Source: Mobula hypostoma
Lineage: Eukaryota
Assembly (NCBI RefSeq): GCF_963921235.1
Contig: NC_086097.1
Location: 148,492,001 to 148,556,000 of the forward strand
Length of the DNA: 64,000 nucleotides
Direction: 5' to 3'
Part shown: piece after piece, positions 12,530-25,145 of the stretch
Layout: each line of letters opens with the position of its first letter
Position numbering within the stretch: the first letter of the stretch is position 1
Translations under genes and position numbers: made by a program
Notes under the pieces: model-generated
Database searches by the model: none
Told to the model about the DNA's origin: nothing
Seen by the model: only the letters and a program-made list of their open reading frames with translations

Positions 12530-13275
12530 TAAATCCCACTCCAATATTTGGGCATATAATACAGACTGATGCCCCAGTCCAGGATTGAAGTTGCAGGTGC
12601 TGACTTTTGAACACCATATTAAGTCATTTCTCAGGTGCATCCCATGGTACTAAAACAGACGATTGAGTCTATCTGAAGCTGTTGCTTGTGGGAGGTTGTT
12701 GTGTCCAAATTGACTGCCGTGTATCCTTCATTATAGAAATGATTATACTTCTGCAATGTGTAGTGGGATGTACTGGAAAGCAAGCTTTTCGCTCGCAATA
12801 ACCAGCTTGTTCCTATGGGCTTGGACAATTAGGTAGCATATTGAACCTTTGGGGTACAAACATTGAGGTCTTTTTCCAGCATTTATTGGTTAAGTGACTT
12901 GTTTGCTGTTTATAACATACTAAATTGTCAGCTTCACTTAAGCCTAGCATCTCCTTGCTGACTCAGGGAGTCAAAGGTTCAAACTGCACTGCATAATTTA
13001 AGCACAGAATCCAGGCTGAGACATCAGTACTGCATCCTGAGCAAGTTTTTTTTTGGAGCTGCTGCTTTCAGATGCGATGGTAATCTGTGTGTCTGTTTGG
13101 GTGAACGTAAGATATCCAAAGACATAATGTGAAGGAGTGTAAAAAGATCCCCTGGAGCCCTAAGGAATATGTATCCCTCTGGGGAAAAACTAACAGAATA
13201 GAGTAGCAGTTAATTGTTTTATTGCTGTTTTTAGCATGTGAGTAAACTTACTTTTCCTACATTCTTAAGTCAATG
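12530..13275 (+). mobile_element. Two decayed DeuSINE-like copies (about 12530-12790 and 12950-13275)
   Basis: AAGCACAGAATCCAGGCTGA, CTTTCAGATG, TTGTGGGAGGTTGTTGTGTCCAAATTGACTGCCGTG and ATATGTATCCCTC segments typical of the Deu domain. Confidence 0.55.
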
Positions 13276-13616
13276 TATTAGCAGTACAGCAGTTTGGTTT
13301 GGTTTATATCACCTAATTAATATGAACCACCATTTTATAAAGTGGTTTATGAATTACCTTGTCTTTCAGTATTTGTGCATTTTTGGCAAGAAGGCAGGTA
13401 CTCAGCCTGTTTGCAAGGGCAGTTATTGCCCACCTCCAGTGCGTTGAGAAAGTGCTTAGTACCTGCCTCCTGGAATAGCTGTGACAACAATACAACCAGA
13501 TAGTTTGCAGGACTTCAGCAGGTAGTTAACAGCCAAGTGCATTGCTTTGGGTCTGCAGTGTAACACAGGTAGTGTCAGTCCAGCAGATTTCCTTCTATGA
13601 AGTACATTAAATGCAA

Positions 13617-13845
13617 ACCAAAAAGTTGCAGGTGCTGGAAATCTAATAATAAAACGAAAATGCTGGACGTCATCAGAAGGTCAGGCGGTATTAGCGGAGA
13701 CAGGAAAGGCTGCTGGCCTTTCAAGAAAGTAAAAGTTCTGACAAAAGATATTGACCTGAAATGTTAACACTTGCTCTATCTGCAAATGCCCACTGACCTA
13801 CTGAAAATATTCCTCTTTTCAAATTTACAGCATCTGCAGAGTTTT
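13617..13845. mobile_element. Old fold-back Penelope-tail element with a degenerate hammerhead
   Basis: Terminal inverted arms TGCAGGTGCTGGAAAT / ATTTACAGCATCTGCA. Internal CTGACAAAAG..CCTGAAATGTTAAC at about 13738-13768. Confidence 0.6.
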
Positions 13846-16766
13846 ACACTTCCATGAATGGTAGCTAAAAAAAAATAAACACTAACAGGAGGTCAACTCA
13901 TAATATTGGTCAAATTCAGCTAGTGTGAAAAACAAAGCTGAAGTTCAAACTTCAGTCAACAGCGTTCAGTTATTTTGGCTTTTGCCAAGGCCATTCAAAT
14001 CTATATCTCATAAAATGTTTGATCCAATCATGGACACGTGAGCAGATAAATTAAGAGTCACATAAAATAAGAGTAACTACCTTCGATATCAGAGCATCTG
14101 TGCTGACAAAAGAACATTGAATTGAAATGTTAATACAGTTTGCAGCCCAATCCTCCGGCTGCATTTAGATTAAGTGCAAATTAATGGTTCCTACTAAGTG
14201 ATCACCATTACAGGAAAATTACAGTCAGATGAGCCATTATTTTTTTCCAAGTCTAACAAAACAATATTTTCAGAAATTGCATGGTTCTAAATGCACTGAT
14301 TTCCTTAGTGAGAAACTGCCTAAGATATGGTTAGCACCTGCAAAGATGCATTAAATAGTTGTGAGCCATGAACTAGACATAGTTCTTGTATTTGCTCATA
14401 GCACCACTGTACTGTGTGCAAAGACATTGAACATTCTCTTGTATGCTGCAGTGAAAAAGTCAGGTGTGACTTGGAGCTCAGCAAGAGTTGTCTGTATGCA
14501 GCTCCAGCTCAGAGAGTGGAAACTGAAGGTTCAGATTAGAAACTGAAAACAGGATTAAATTTAGCCATTGTTGTGCAGTTTTTCCGGAGATTTGGGGAGC
14601 TGGTACTGTGCCCAGTTGTGCAGCAATCCAGGTGGAGCAGAGCTTCTGTTCAGCAGGCTTGGTTGTGCTGGTCATGTACTCCAATTCGATCTGCCATAAT
14701 TGCAGGCCTGCTCTCTCCATCTATCCCTGTCGACTTCCCACGTGACAATATCCAGCCAGCTCCCTGCTCCAAGGCATTCGGCCCATCTCTAAGAGTCCAC
14801 ACTAAGGTCTCCTTCCAGTGGGTGTAATGCCAGTGGCCAGCCAGCCATGCATCAAGAGACCAGGCAAGCAAAGAATAACTTCACATGAAACACTAATATT
14901 CAATTCAGCAAGCCTTCACAAACTCAGACTTGTCAGATTGTTCATGCTCCCTTGCACACTGACCCACAGTGATCACCATTTTCCCATAACGCTCCTCTGT
15001 GTGTGTGAATATCAATGTGCCAATTTCCAGAGAAAGATTAGTTAATACTGCAAGGAGAATATTTACTAATTCTGAGTTCTTTTTGCCATTGACAGATATC
15101 ACTCCCTTGGATAGATTTATTTCAATGACATTTGTCTTTGAGAATTGAAAGAGTGAAAATATGACAGTCAATAAAGCCACAATTAGCTGGATCAAGACTT
15201 GTCTGCCAAAGGGTGATTCCAGGCTCCGTAATCAATATTCACTCTCCTGTAAAATGAAAGTAAGATTTGTTGCTGTAGAGTGAGAGGGATTGGAAGTGCC
15301 TTCCACTGGGGAACTATAGATCTTGTCCTCAGCACCTCCTCTGCTGCTGCCACAGTCATTATCCTCTTATGGGTGAGGTCTTGAACCCATCACTCACACC
15401 AAGTTTGCTCACACAACTCATACCTGCTCTGGTTCTGTAGTTTCCTCTTAAATTTGTATAGGAAAAAAAATGGAAGGAAAAATACTCAGATTGCATTGTG
15501 TACGAAGCAATAAAAGTGGAGAGTGAATGTCTAAACCTTCTTGGTGGATGGAGTAGGTAGAAAATCGAAGCCCAAAGGTCTGGAAGTCGAAACCCAATGG
15601 CCAAAGCCTGGGGACTGGAGATTGGATGTCCAGAGGCCTGTAATGGAGTGGGAGAGAGAGAAAGAGGAAAGGGGCTTGTCTTGTTGTTGTTTTCTTGCTT
15701 GTTATGTTCTGTTTTGTTGTGTCCTGTGTTGTTCTGTTGAACATTGTGGACATGCTGTGTTGGTGCTGGAATGTATGGTGACATTTGTAGGAAACCCCCA
15801 GCATATCCTTAGGTGTGCTGGTTGTTAACACAAATGATGCAATTCACAGTATGTTTTGATGTAGATGTGATAAATAAATCTGAATCTGAATCATGATAAA
15901 TATCAATGGTTTTGATGAGAGAAGCAAATGTATTTTTTTCCAAATTTGCCAATGGTACAGATTGTGTGAAACTGAGATTTGTGAAGAGATGCAAAAAGGC
16001 TTCAAGATTATTTAGGCAAGTTGACACTGCACCCAAATCCCAATGTCAATTGAACAATTCCCTGCCATCCCCATCAGCACCACCACCACTTCTTCAATCA
16101 CAAGAGAAAGAACTTTTATTTATTATACCAATCATCCTCGTAACTTCTAAATTAAACTTACAATTGAGTACTTATGGACTCTCAGATACCACGGGACTGA
16201 ATCACGACTGCCCACATTTTATTATAGGCAGGATACGAGCAGCATTAGACTTTGTTCCACAAGAGCTCCAGTGTGAAAAACAATGCATGTTCTCTGTCTT
16301 ATAACATTCAAAGTTTTTTTTTTGTTATCAGAACAGTGAGAAAGAAAGGATTTATCTTGCATAGTCAAGAAGTACAATCAAAAAGTTTGGGTTGTGCTCA
16401 GAATCAGCATGATGCAGGGAACAGTATTGGAATTGTCTATGGGCCTCCAAACAGGGTTGTAACGAAGACGTGGGATGTTCAAGACATTAGAGGCACATGT
16501 ATAAAGATACTTCAATAATTCTGAGGACATGCAGACTAGGTAAACCAGATCAGCAATAGCAGTGAATAGCATAGAAGATGTATTCATGCAATCTATAAAG
16601 CATAAAACTCTAGATCCTTATGTTAAGGAACCAACAAGAGAATGAACTATTCAAAATTTGGTATTATGAAATGAGAATGGTTCACCAAAAAAGTATATAC
16701 TTGCATTAAGAGGAGTGCAAAAAAAGTTGCCACATTTATTCATGCAATGGATGGTTTGTCCTTCCT

Positions 16767-16820
16767 GACTGGGAAGACTGGGAAGACTGGGAAGACTGGG
16801 AAGACTGGGCAGACTGGGCC
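16767..16820 (+). repeat. (GACTGGGAA)6 tandem repeat within an old CR1 remnant
   Basis: Six 9-mer units; the last two vary at their ends. Confidence 0.9.
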
Positions 16821-17179
16821 TTTTAGGTAATTTTATTCATGTGGCTTAACTGAATGGACGCAAGAATGATGTTTCCTTTCATTGGTTGTAGAGAACCAGG
16901 AGCAGAATGTCAAAGGAAGGTATCAGTTGTACATTCCAAAGATGGGAAGAGACTTCACCCAAGTGATAGTGCATCTTTGAGTTCTCTACTCAAGAGGTCT
17001 ATGGAGGTTTAGTTGTTGAGTATGTTCAAGACAAAGATTGAAAAATAATTAAAGGAATTGTGAGTTATAGGGTTTAGCAGGTCAGATGTGCTGAGGTAAA
17101 AGATGAGAAAAAGATGAAGTAAAAGCAGAGCAGTCCTCATAGCCACAATGACTCCATCATCTCAGTTTCTGAGGCCTTC

Positions 17180-18555
17180 ATTGGATGTATCTGGTATGGA
17201 AACACCAATCTCCAGGAATGGAAAAGGCTACAGAAAGTGGTGAATATAGCCTAGTCCATTACAAGCAAAGCCTTCCCCAATATTAAATATACTTATATGG
17301 AGCATTGCCACAAGAAAGCAGCATTCATTATCAAAGACAATCCACCATCCAGGCCACCCCCTCTTCTTGCTATTACCATTGAGCAGAAGATACAAAAGGA
17401 CTCAAAATTCTGGATTCAGGAACAGTTATTACCCTACTACAATTAGGCTTCTGACCCAGCATGGAGAGCTACATTCACCATTGTTTATATATAGCTTTTT
17501 GTGCAAATTTGTATTGCATGTCTCTTTTCCTGTAAATGCCTGAAAGAAAATTAGTCTCAGGGTAGTATATGGAAATGTATAGGTTTGTACTATAATAAAT
17601 TTACTTTGAACTTGAACATTCAACTTTGAGATACAAAGGGTCATTTGACCTACTTGTGTTTCGATTTCTTAGTTCTCTTATTCAGTCTCCAGTTGAGCAT
17701 ATTTAACACATTGGACCCACTTGATCAGCAGTGGAGAGAGTCAGCAGATTTAAATTCCTGGGTGTTTATGTATTGGATAACCTGTCCTGGGTCTTGCACT
17801 TAGATGCAATCATAAGGAAAGTCTGCCAGTGTCTTTGTTTTCTGGGGAGCTTTGTCTAGTCATTGAACACTTGAAAACTTCTTACAGATGTATGTTTGAA
17901 AGTATCCTGACTGGTCGCATTATGGTCTGGTATGGTAACTCAAATCTGCAGGACCACAAGAAACTGCAGAGAGTAGTAACCTCAGCCCAGTACAACACAG
18001 GTACATTGCTCTCCGCCATTGCTTGAATCTCCAGGACATAGTGCCTCAAGTAGGAAACATCTATCATCAAATATCCCAGCCATCCAGACCATGCCATCTT
18101 TTCTCAGTTACTATTGGGCAGGACATACAGAAGCCTGAAGTACACCACCATATTCAAGAACAGTTACTTCTCTTCAACCATTTAGCTCTTAAACCAACAG
18201 ACAAAACACTAATCACTACAGTTTAGCAAAACTATGACAGCTTTAACCACTTTACACTAAAATGCACTTTGCTTTTTTGGCTCTAATTGTATTTTCCTGT
18301 AAAAATTGTGTATAATTTAATTTAAAATGAAAGGTCTCAGCCCAAAACATAAACTGTACTCTTTTCCATAGATGCTGCCTGGCCTGCTGAGTTCCTCCAG
18401 CATTCTGTGTGTATTGCTATAATTTAATTTAAGTTTTTCTTGTGAAACCTGCTTAAATGATTCTATGTCCCTGTGATTCTGCTGCAAGTTTCTTTTTAAT
18501 TTCACCTGTGTAAACATGTACTCGTGCATATGACAATAAGCTCAATTTTGACTTT
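17180..18555 (+). mobile_element. Two Rex1/Babar 3' fragments, with a decayed Penelope tail at about 18327-18418
   Basis: WYGNTN..KRLQKVV, FKFLGV, YRCMFESILTGRIMVWYGN and KKLQRVV motifs; AATAAA/(TTGAAC)n tails. Confidence 0.75.
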
Positions 18556-18649
18556 GACAATTAAACAGTAAACAGAAAGATGCCATATTAAATATTAAAG
18601 TCAAATCGTGCAACATTTTCCCTTTCACATCTTCATTTGAGCACTTAAT

Positions 18650-19080
18650 CTTTCTAGGTGAGAAGGTGATTCATTTGTATTTCTTCCAACCTAATGTATT
18701 TCTTTCATGATAAACTACTCAATTCTGGACAAACTAGATCCAGATTGGATGGCCACTTTGTGAACCATTCTGTTTAGGGTGCCCTAAGTTTCCCGTTGCC
18801 TGCTATTCTAATTCTTCATCAATTGAACTTTCTGCTTCTAGTCTCTTAAGCAAAGACTGAGAAGAAACTTCTGATCTTCCAGCTAAACATGCCACTGTCT
18901 TCAGGACTCAACAATGAACTCAAACACTTCGGATAACCAATCTTTCCAGCTTGTATCTGAACTAACCAGTTCTGATGAAAGCTAATCAACCTATAACATA
19001 AACTCCGTTATGTCTCGTCACAAATTTGCCTGACTAAATATGTTTTTCCTTCTCACCTTGTGTTCTCAGCATTTATGGTT
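18650..19080 (+). mobile_element. Very old Penelope GIY-YIG 3' remnant with hammerhead trace
   Basis: Degenerate similarity to 50460-50780 (AGATTGGATGGCCACTTTGTGAACCA), then TTCTGATGAAAG near 18971. Confidence 0.5.
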
Positions 19081-19667
19081 TCAGCATTACCTTAATCTTT
19101 TCTCATTTGTCAGTGTTCATTCATTTCCTTCCAATTGCCTCTCCTCCAGACAGATGAATGATTAACAAGCCTTCTTCACCCAGTCTAGCTGGCATCATCA
19201 CCTTTTGTAACATTTAAAAGACACTTCGATGGGTACATGGACGGAAATGGATTAGAGGAATATGGGCCAAACACAGACAAATAGAATTAGCATAATCAGG
19301 CAACTTGATCAGCAAGGATGAGTTGGGCCAAAGGCCTGATTCTGGTATTGCTTAACTCTATGACTCTATGATCAGAAACAATAAACTCTTATTCTCTTTC
19401 CACAGAAGTTGCCTGGCATGTTGAATGTTTAGAGTGTTTACTATCTTTATATCTTTATTATTGACTTTTCAGTTGCTTACTTGATTGCCTTATTTCATTC
19501 ATGTTCTGGATCTCTCCATCCCTGACTTCTGCCTTCTCACTCAATCCATTCCCTTCTCTCTTCAGTTTTTCTTGTGCTTCTTCCGTAGCTAATCCTGACT
19601 TAATTGTTCTGTCTCCTTTATCTCCCTTTTTATTATTACTCTCTCATTTCTGTCTCTCCCCATCCAT

Positions 19668-19703
<36 letters not shown>

Positions 19704-20519
19704 CTTCCCATCTGCATGGCTGCCTCAGATGATCTTTAAATCTCATTACATATTTCAAACATACTGTTTGGAGAAAGCTTTGAGTTGCATGAAGTTGTGA
19801 TTTAGAACATATACCATTTCATTTTTCATTATCTCACTTTTTGGTGCAATGCTCTAATAGGGGGCACTTCCATTAAATCAAGGATTACTATGAGTAATGA
19901 TCACTAAAATAAGTAGAAATTCCAATGAATACAAACAGACTGAGAGTTGAGATGATATAAATTCACGGTTAATTAGTGCACTCTGTATTAAATAAACTTC
20001 CTCCTGCCCTGCCTGCCAAACCATTTCATCATTTAGACGTTATAAATCTTTGGTGTTATTGAACAGTAGTCAGAGCATTTGGGCATCTCTATCAGTTTTT
20101 CGATAAGACTCGCTAGGATCCCCGTCCATCATGAGAAAGCCTGAGCTGATAGTTCTTCCTTTCTCTTCAATCAATTCCATTCCCATCAGCCCATCAAAGC
20201 TCAGTATCATGGGACTGACCCCTGGATGTCACCTCAGACATACATTTGCTTCAGTCCAATTCTCTGAGGATTAATTTTGGACTGCAAGAGAAGAATATCA
20301 TAGGGAGCACATATCAGGGGCCTGTTTTTCAGGGTGGGTAAATCCGTCATCATTAATATTAGGAAGATGAATGAGAGCAAAGAAGGTCCATGGCATTTGT
20401 AAAAGAGAAATCTAAATTACCTTTCCCTTTACTTTTCAAAATCCATGTTAGTTTAATGAAGAAGCTCTTAATGTTTTATTTATTGCTCATCTAATTTGCT
20501 TTCAAAGTAAAGGAACAAA

Positions 20520-20790
20520 AATGAAAGACCTTCATTTGCTTAGCACTTTATCATATTACTCAGAACTCAGTCCAAGTGCTCCATGTGATACTAATTACTT
20601 TCAGGAGAAAGCCGCATTATTAGAAAATGTGGCAGCAAATTCGGGTACACCTCAGATCACACACTTTAAAAAAACTTCAATACTATAATCAAAATTCTAT
20701 TCTTAATTCTTTGTTGGTTGAAGCTATTAGCTAGGACACTGAGAACAAAAGTTCTGTTTTTTTTAAATGGCACTACAAATATTATCCTGG
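20520..20790 (-). mobile_element. Decayed DeuSINE-like copy
   Basis: AAAGACCTTCATTTGCTTAGCACTTT (3' end), AAATGTGGCAGCAAATT and TGTTGGTTGAAG..AGGACAC match the reverse complement of the Deu/L2-type tail. Confidence 0.5.
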
Positions 20791-22042
20791 GCCAGCTGGA
20801 AATCTGATCCAAGAAAAAAAGAACAGCTAAAGTTTCCAGAACCCTTCACAGATCTGGGAGAGAAAGGAAAACATGGTATTTTTCAATAGCAGAGAGGGTC
20901 GGGAAGGGAGGGGAGGACCAAAGGGAATAGGATAAATCTAAATTGGTCATTGGAGTCGGTTAGAATAGCAGTGAAACACATAATGCCTCTTCATCTGTGT
21001 AGATATTGTTTATGTTAAAATGAAAGAAATAGGGATGCGAAACAGAATTTTAGTCATCAACTTATCAAAGTCTCGAAGTGAAAGAGAAGCCAATGTGAAT
21101 AAGGCAAAGGGGACAGACAGAAGTCCAGACAGACATTTTCCACATCATTTCAATGAAGACAATGTAATAGTCATTCAATAATAAATTCCCCCAAGATATA
21201 CTATTTAAACCCCATATTTCCCAGATCTGCTAAACTTTGTCCTCTACTGTGCCTATTATCTTGTTTATTATTTATTGTACTGCCCTGCACTGTTTTGTGC
21301 ACTTTATGTAGTCCTGTGTAGGTCTGTAGTCTAGTGTAGTTTTTGTGTTGTTTTACGTAGTCTAGTGTAGCCTTGTGATGTCTCACTTAGTCTAGTGCAG
21401 TTTTATGTTGTTTCATGTAGTACCATGGTCCTGGAGGAACATCAGTTCATTTTTACTGTGTACTGTACCAGCAGTTTATGGTCGAAATGACAATAAAAAA
21501 TTACTTGAATTGACTTTCTTTATCAGAAAATCTATTCATTAATATTCATTAATTTCCACTTGTATGCATTGCCACTTCCATTGTTTGAATTGTCAGATTG
21601 TTGGCCCAAAATCCAACAATAGGAGAATCAAGACTTCCTCTAACCAATTGCCTTTGTCCACTGTTGCAAAGTACATGTCCTGGCCCTCTACTCTCTGTCA
21701 AATATCTGAAACTAAAACAAATTAGACCATAAGACCAGAAGGCATAGGAGAAAAGCTAGGCTATTTTGCCCATTGACTGTGCTACGCCACTCCATCATTA
21801 CTGATTTGTTACCCCTCTCAACCCATTCTCCTGCCTTCTCCTCCTAACCATTGATGTCCTTACTTATCAGATATCATCCTCAGCTTTAAATATACTCAAT
21901 TGCATGGCCTCTATTGCCATCTGGGGCAAGGAATTCCAGAGATTCATCACCTGCTGGTGAAGAAATTCTTCCTCATCTCTGTTGTAAAGGGACGTCCCTC
22001 TATTCTGAGGCTGTGCCCTCTGGGGCTGGACTCCACCACTAT

Positions 22043-23542
22043 CCTTCTGGTAAGATGGTGATGTGCTCAGATGCAGTGGCCTCCCTGGGTCCAGGTGCAA
22101 CTGTTTGTGTTTTTATGTCTTTTTTTTTAACAATCACTAGATATTAAAAACATCAAGTACAGCGGCTCTACCTCACTAGCAATTCTCTGGGTAGCGGTGG
22201 AGCTGGACTTGTTGCACATTGAGCAGCAGCCTGCTTTATCTCCCAGGAAAGAAGGTGTCAGAGCTGGTGCATGGAGCACAGTCCAATCATCGGTGTGGGT
22301 GGATGTCTTCAACATTTTTGTTGTGATTGCAAGACCCGGTAGGATATTGGTAATGTAGAATACTGTGAGTCTGATTCACTGGTTCATTGGTGAGACTGAC
22401 AGTGGGAGAACTGGATTGCCTCAGTTGGTGTGCGTGGATAATGCCCCCATGCATTGGGTCACCTGTTATGGCTGCCAGTGAGGGAGATGCCAATGCTGGT
22501 TGTGTGCTGTTGGATTCAGTACTGGATTGGGTTCTGGCCCTATCTGTTGGTGTTGCTCTCCAGTGTTCGGTCCCAGGAAGACAAGCTGGATTGTGTTTAT
22601 CTGTGGTTGTTCTTGCACAAAGTAAGGAACCTCGAAGAGATTATTCTTGCAGAAACATGGCTCTAGGACAACATCCATTCACCATTTATCTACAGGCCAT
22701 GACACTCAGGGACTTGGGCTGCAATATTATTTTTTTTATATATTTCTTGTTACTGTATGTTTCTTTGCTATCATATTTATATGTGTAATGCCCTGGTTCA
22801 TGTTTTTTACTGTTATGCTGTAGGTATTTCATTTTGTGCTGTTCTGTATGTTCTATGTTTTCAGCTTATATCTGGGTTATTGTTGAAGATAAGAGATGAG
22901 GAGAAATGTCTGCCATTCAATTAGGATGGTTGAATTGAAGGGGCGGTTTCTCTGGTGAGGGACACTAAGGTTGGGATTGGGGTTTTGTTTTGGTTCAAGA
23001 GGGATGGAAAGGGAAGACATCAAAGTGAAGAGTTCGTAGGATTCAACCTGGGGCAGGACTGTGATGCAACAAAGCCCGGGGTGAGATCAATTGAGGATCG
23101 GTGACCTGGGGCAACTGTGAGCTCCAAATTGTGCACATTAGTCTATTTCATTAAAATGAGCCTTCTTCATTTTTGTTCTTTTCTTTACTAACTCTTTAGT
23201 CAAATTAAGAATTATAAAGCTAACTCTTTTAATTGTATGTGGTGTACTGTCTGTTATTGCGTGGCACTCGTTTGTAACAGGGTAACGAGTCACACAGCAT
23301 CCACACAAACAGGGGGTTTGGGGTGGACTCGCACCTCAATCTCACACGTTTGGCGGGGCTGGAGATTGTCCTCCCTGGATTTACGCAGCCGAGCAAACCA
23401 GGGGTTTTCATATGTTCTATATGTGCTTTGAGCTCTGTGTGACTGTTGGTACTGTGTTTTGCACCTTGGCCCCAGAGGAACACTGCTTTGTTTGGCTGTA
23501 TTCCTGTGCATGATGGAATGACAATTAAACTTGATACTGAAT
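22043..23542 (+). mobile_element. Non-coding AAGATGG-headed retroposon with a Rex/Babar-like tail, hosting a solo LTR
   Basis: Cleanly interrupts the CR1. Starts CCTTCTGGTAAGATGGTG and ends ATGACAATTAAACTTGATACTGAA. Confidence 0.6.
22784..23410 (+). mobile_element. Solo LTR, 627 bp
   Basis: TG..CA termini with subterminal inverted CCCTGGTT/AACCAGGG. 4-bp TSD TATG at 22780-22783 and 23411-23414. Confidence 0.8.
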
Positions 23543-24551
23543 TATAGGAAACATCCTCTCCATGTCCACTCCATCTAGTTTTTCAATATTTGGTAGGTTT
23601 CAATGAGATCCCCTCTCATTTTTTTAAAACTCCAGTGAGTACAGGCCCAGAGCCATCAAACACTTCTCATACAGTAATTCTTTCATTGCCAGGATAATTC
23701 TCATGAACCTTCGCTGGACCCTTTCCAATGCCAGCATATCCTTTCTTAGATAGCACACCCAAAACTGCTCACAATACTACAAGTGCCATTTGACCAATGC
23801 CTCATAAAGCCTCAGCATTACATGCTCGCTTTTATACTCTAAAACTCTTGAAATGAATGCAGACATTGCATTTGCCTTCCTTACGACCAACTTAACCTGC
23901 AAGTTAACATTTAGGAAATCCTGTGCAAGAACTTCCAAGTCCATTTGCACCTTTGATTTTTGAAACTTCACCCAATTTTGAAAATAGCCTATGACTTTAT
24001 TCCATCTACCAAGGTGTATGACCATGCACTTTCCATCACAATATTCCATCTGCCATTTATTTGCCCGTTCTCCTAATCTCTCCATGTTCACCTAAAGTTC
24101 CCTACTTCCTCAACACCACCAATCTTTGTGTTGTCTGCAAACTTGGCCACAAATCCATCAAATCCATCATTGACATATTATGTGAAAGGTGGCAGTCCCA
24201 ACAATGACCTCTGTGGGACACCGCAAGTCTCTGTCAGACGAATGAGAAAAGGCCCACTTTATTCCCACTCTTTGCCTCCTGATAGTCAGTCAATCTTCTA
24301 TTCATCCTAGTATCTTTCCTGAAATACCATTGGCTCTAATCTTGTTTAGCAGCCTCACGTGCACAACTTGTCAAATTGTTCACATCCTGGCAGTTATATT
24401 TGACCAGAGATAAGCTTTAGATGATGCAATTGTGCCTGTACTAGAAATACTTATTTCTATCTCCATGAGGTCTCTTATCTCAGCCTTTATCACTATAAGT
24501 GAAACCCTCTTCCACACCATTGTTACCTCCAGTTCTTTATTCATTCATTTA

Positions 24552-25145
24552 CAGGGGGTGATTGATAAGTTCGTGACATAAGGTAGAAGGAGTCAATTTT
24601 AGAAAATATAGCAAATTTATTTTTCTACATTGTCCCCTCCTACATTTACACACTTAGTCCAGCTGTCGTGGAGCATATGGATCTTGGACCTCCAGAAAGT
24701 GTCCACAGATGGGTGATTGATAAGTTCGTGGCCTGAGGTAGAAGCAGTTGAGTTATGCAGCTCTCCTTATACATGCAGGTCAACTCTTTGAGTGATTATA
24801 CAGCAAGTTTTAAGTTAATAACTCATCTCCTTCTGCCTTAGACCACGAACTTATCAATCATCCCTGATGAGTTATTAACTTCAAACTTTCTGCATAATCA
24901 CTCAAAGAGTTCAAGTGCCTGTGCATGTAACGAGAGCTGTATAACTCACCTCCTTCTACCTTAGGCCACAAACTTATCAATCATCCCTGTTGTGGACACT
25001 TTCTGGAGGTCCAAGATCTCTGTATGCTCCACAACCGCTGGACTAAGTGTGTAAATGTAGGAGGGGACTTAGTTGAAAAGTAAATGTGCTAGGTTTTCTA
25101 AAATTGACTGCTACCTTAGGCCACAAACTTATCAATCACCGCTCG
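24552..25145. mobile_element. Mariner-type fold-back MITE with five TIR copies
   Basis: TA at both ends. TIR GGGGTGATTGATAAGTTCGTGGCCTAAGGTAGAAG appears twice forward and three times reverse. The two arms are near-palindromic. Confidence 0.9.

Larger units (their letters stand above)
21720..24375 (-). mobile_element. CR1 LINE 3' part, interrupted at 22043-23542
   Basis: ORF 23777-24091 (KWQMEY..KCMVIHLG..VVRKANAM..LYEALVK) and ORF 21867-22100 (VMNLWNSLPQ..FKAE); tail (TATGGTCT)n near 21725. Confidence 0.85.

Noticed and set aside
14478..15195. Overlapping 73-96 aa ORFs as host exons
   Set aside because: No recognisable protein motif or consistent splice and frame pattern.
21270..21430. Repeated GTAGTCTAGTGTAG units as a functional array
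   Set aside because: Imperfect tandem repeats within a retroposon 3' tail ending GACAATAAA.
24552..25145. CRISPR-like repeat-spacer array
   Set aside because: Repeats occur in both orientations, spacers are inverted copies of each other, ends are TA-flanked TIRs, and the context is eukaryotic with no cas genes.
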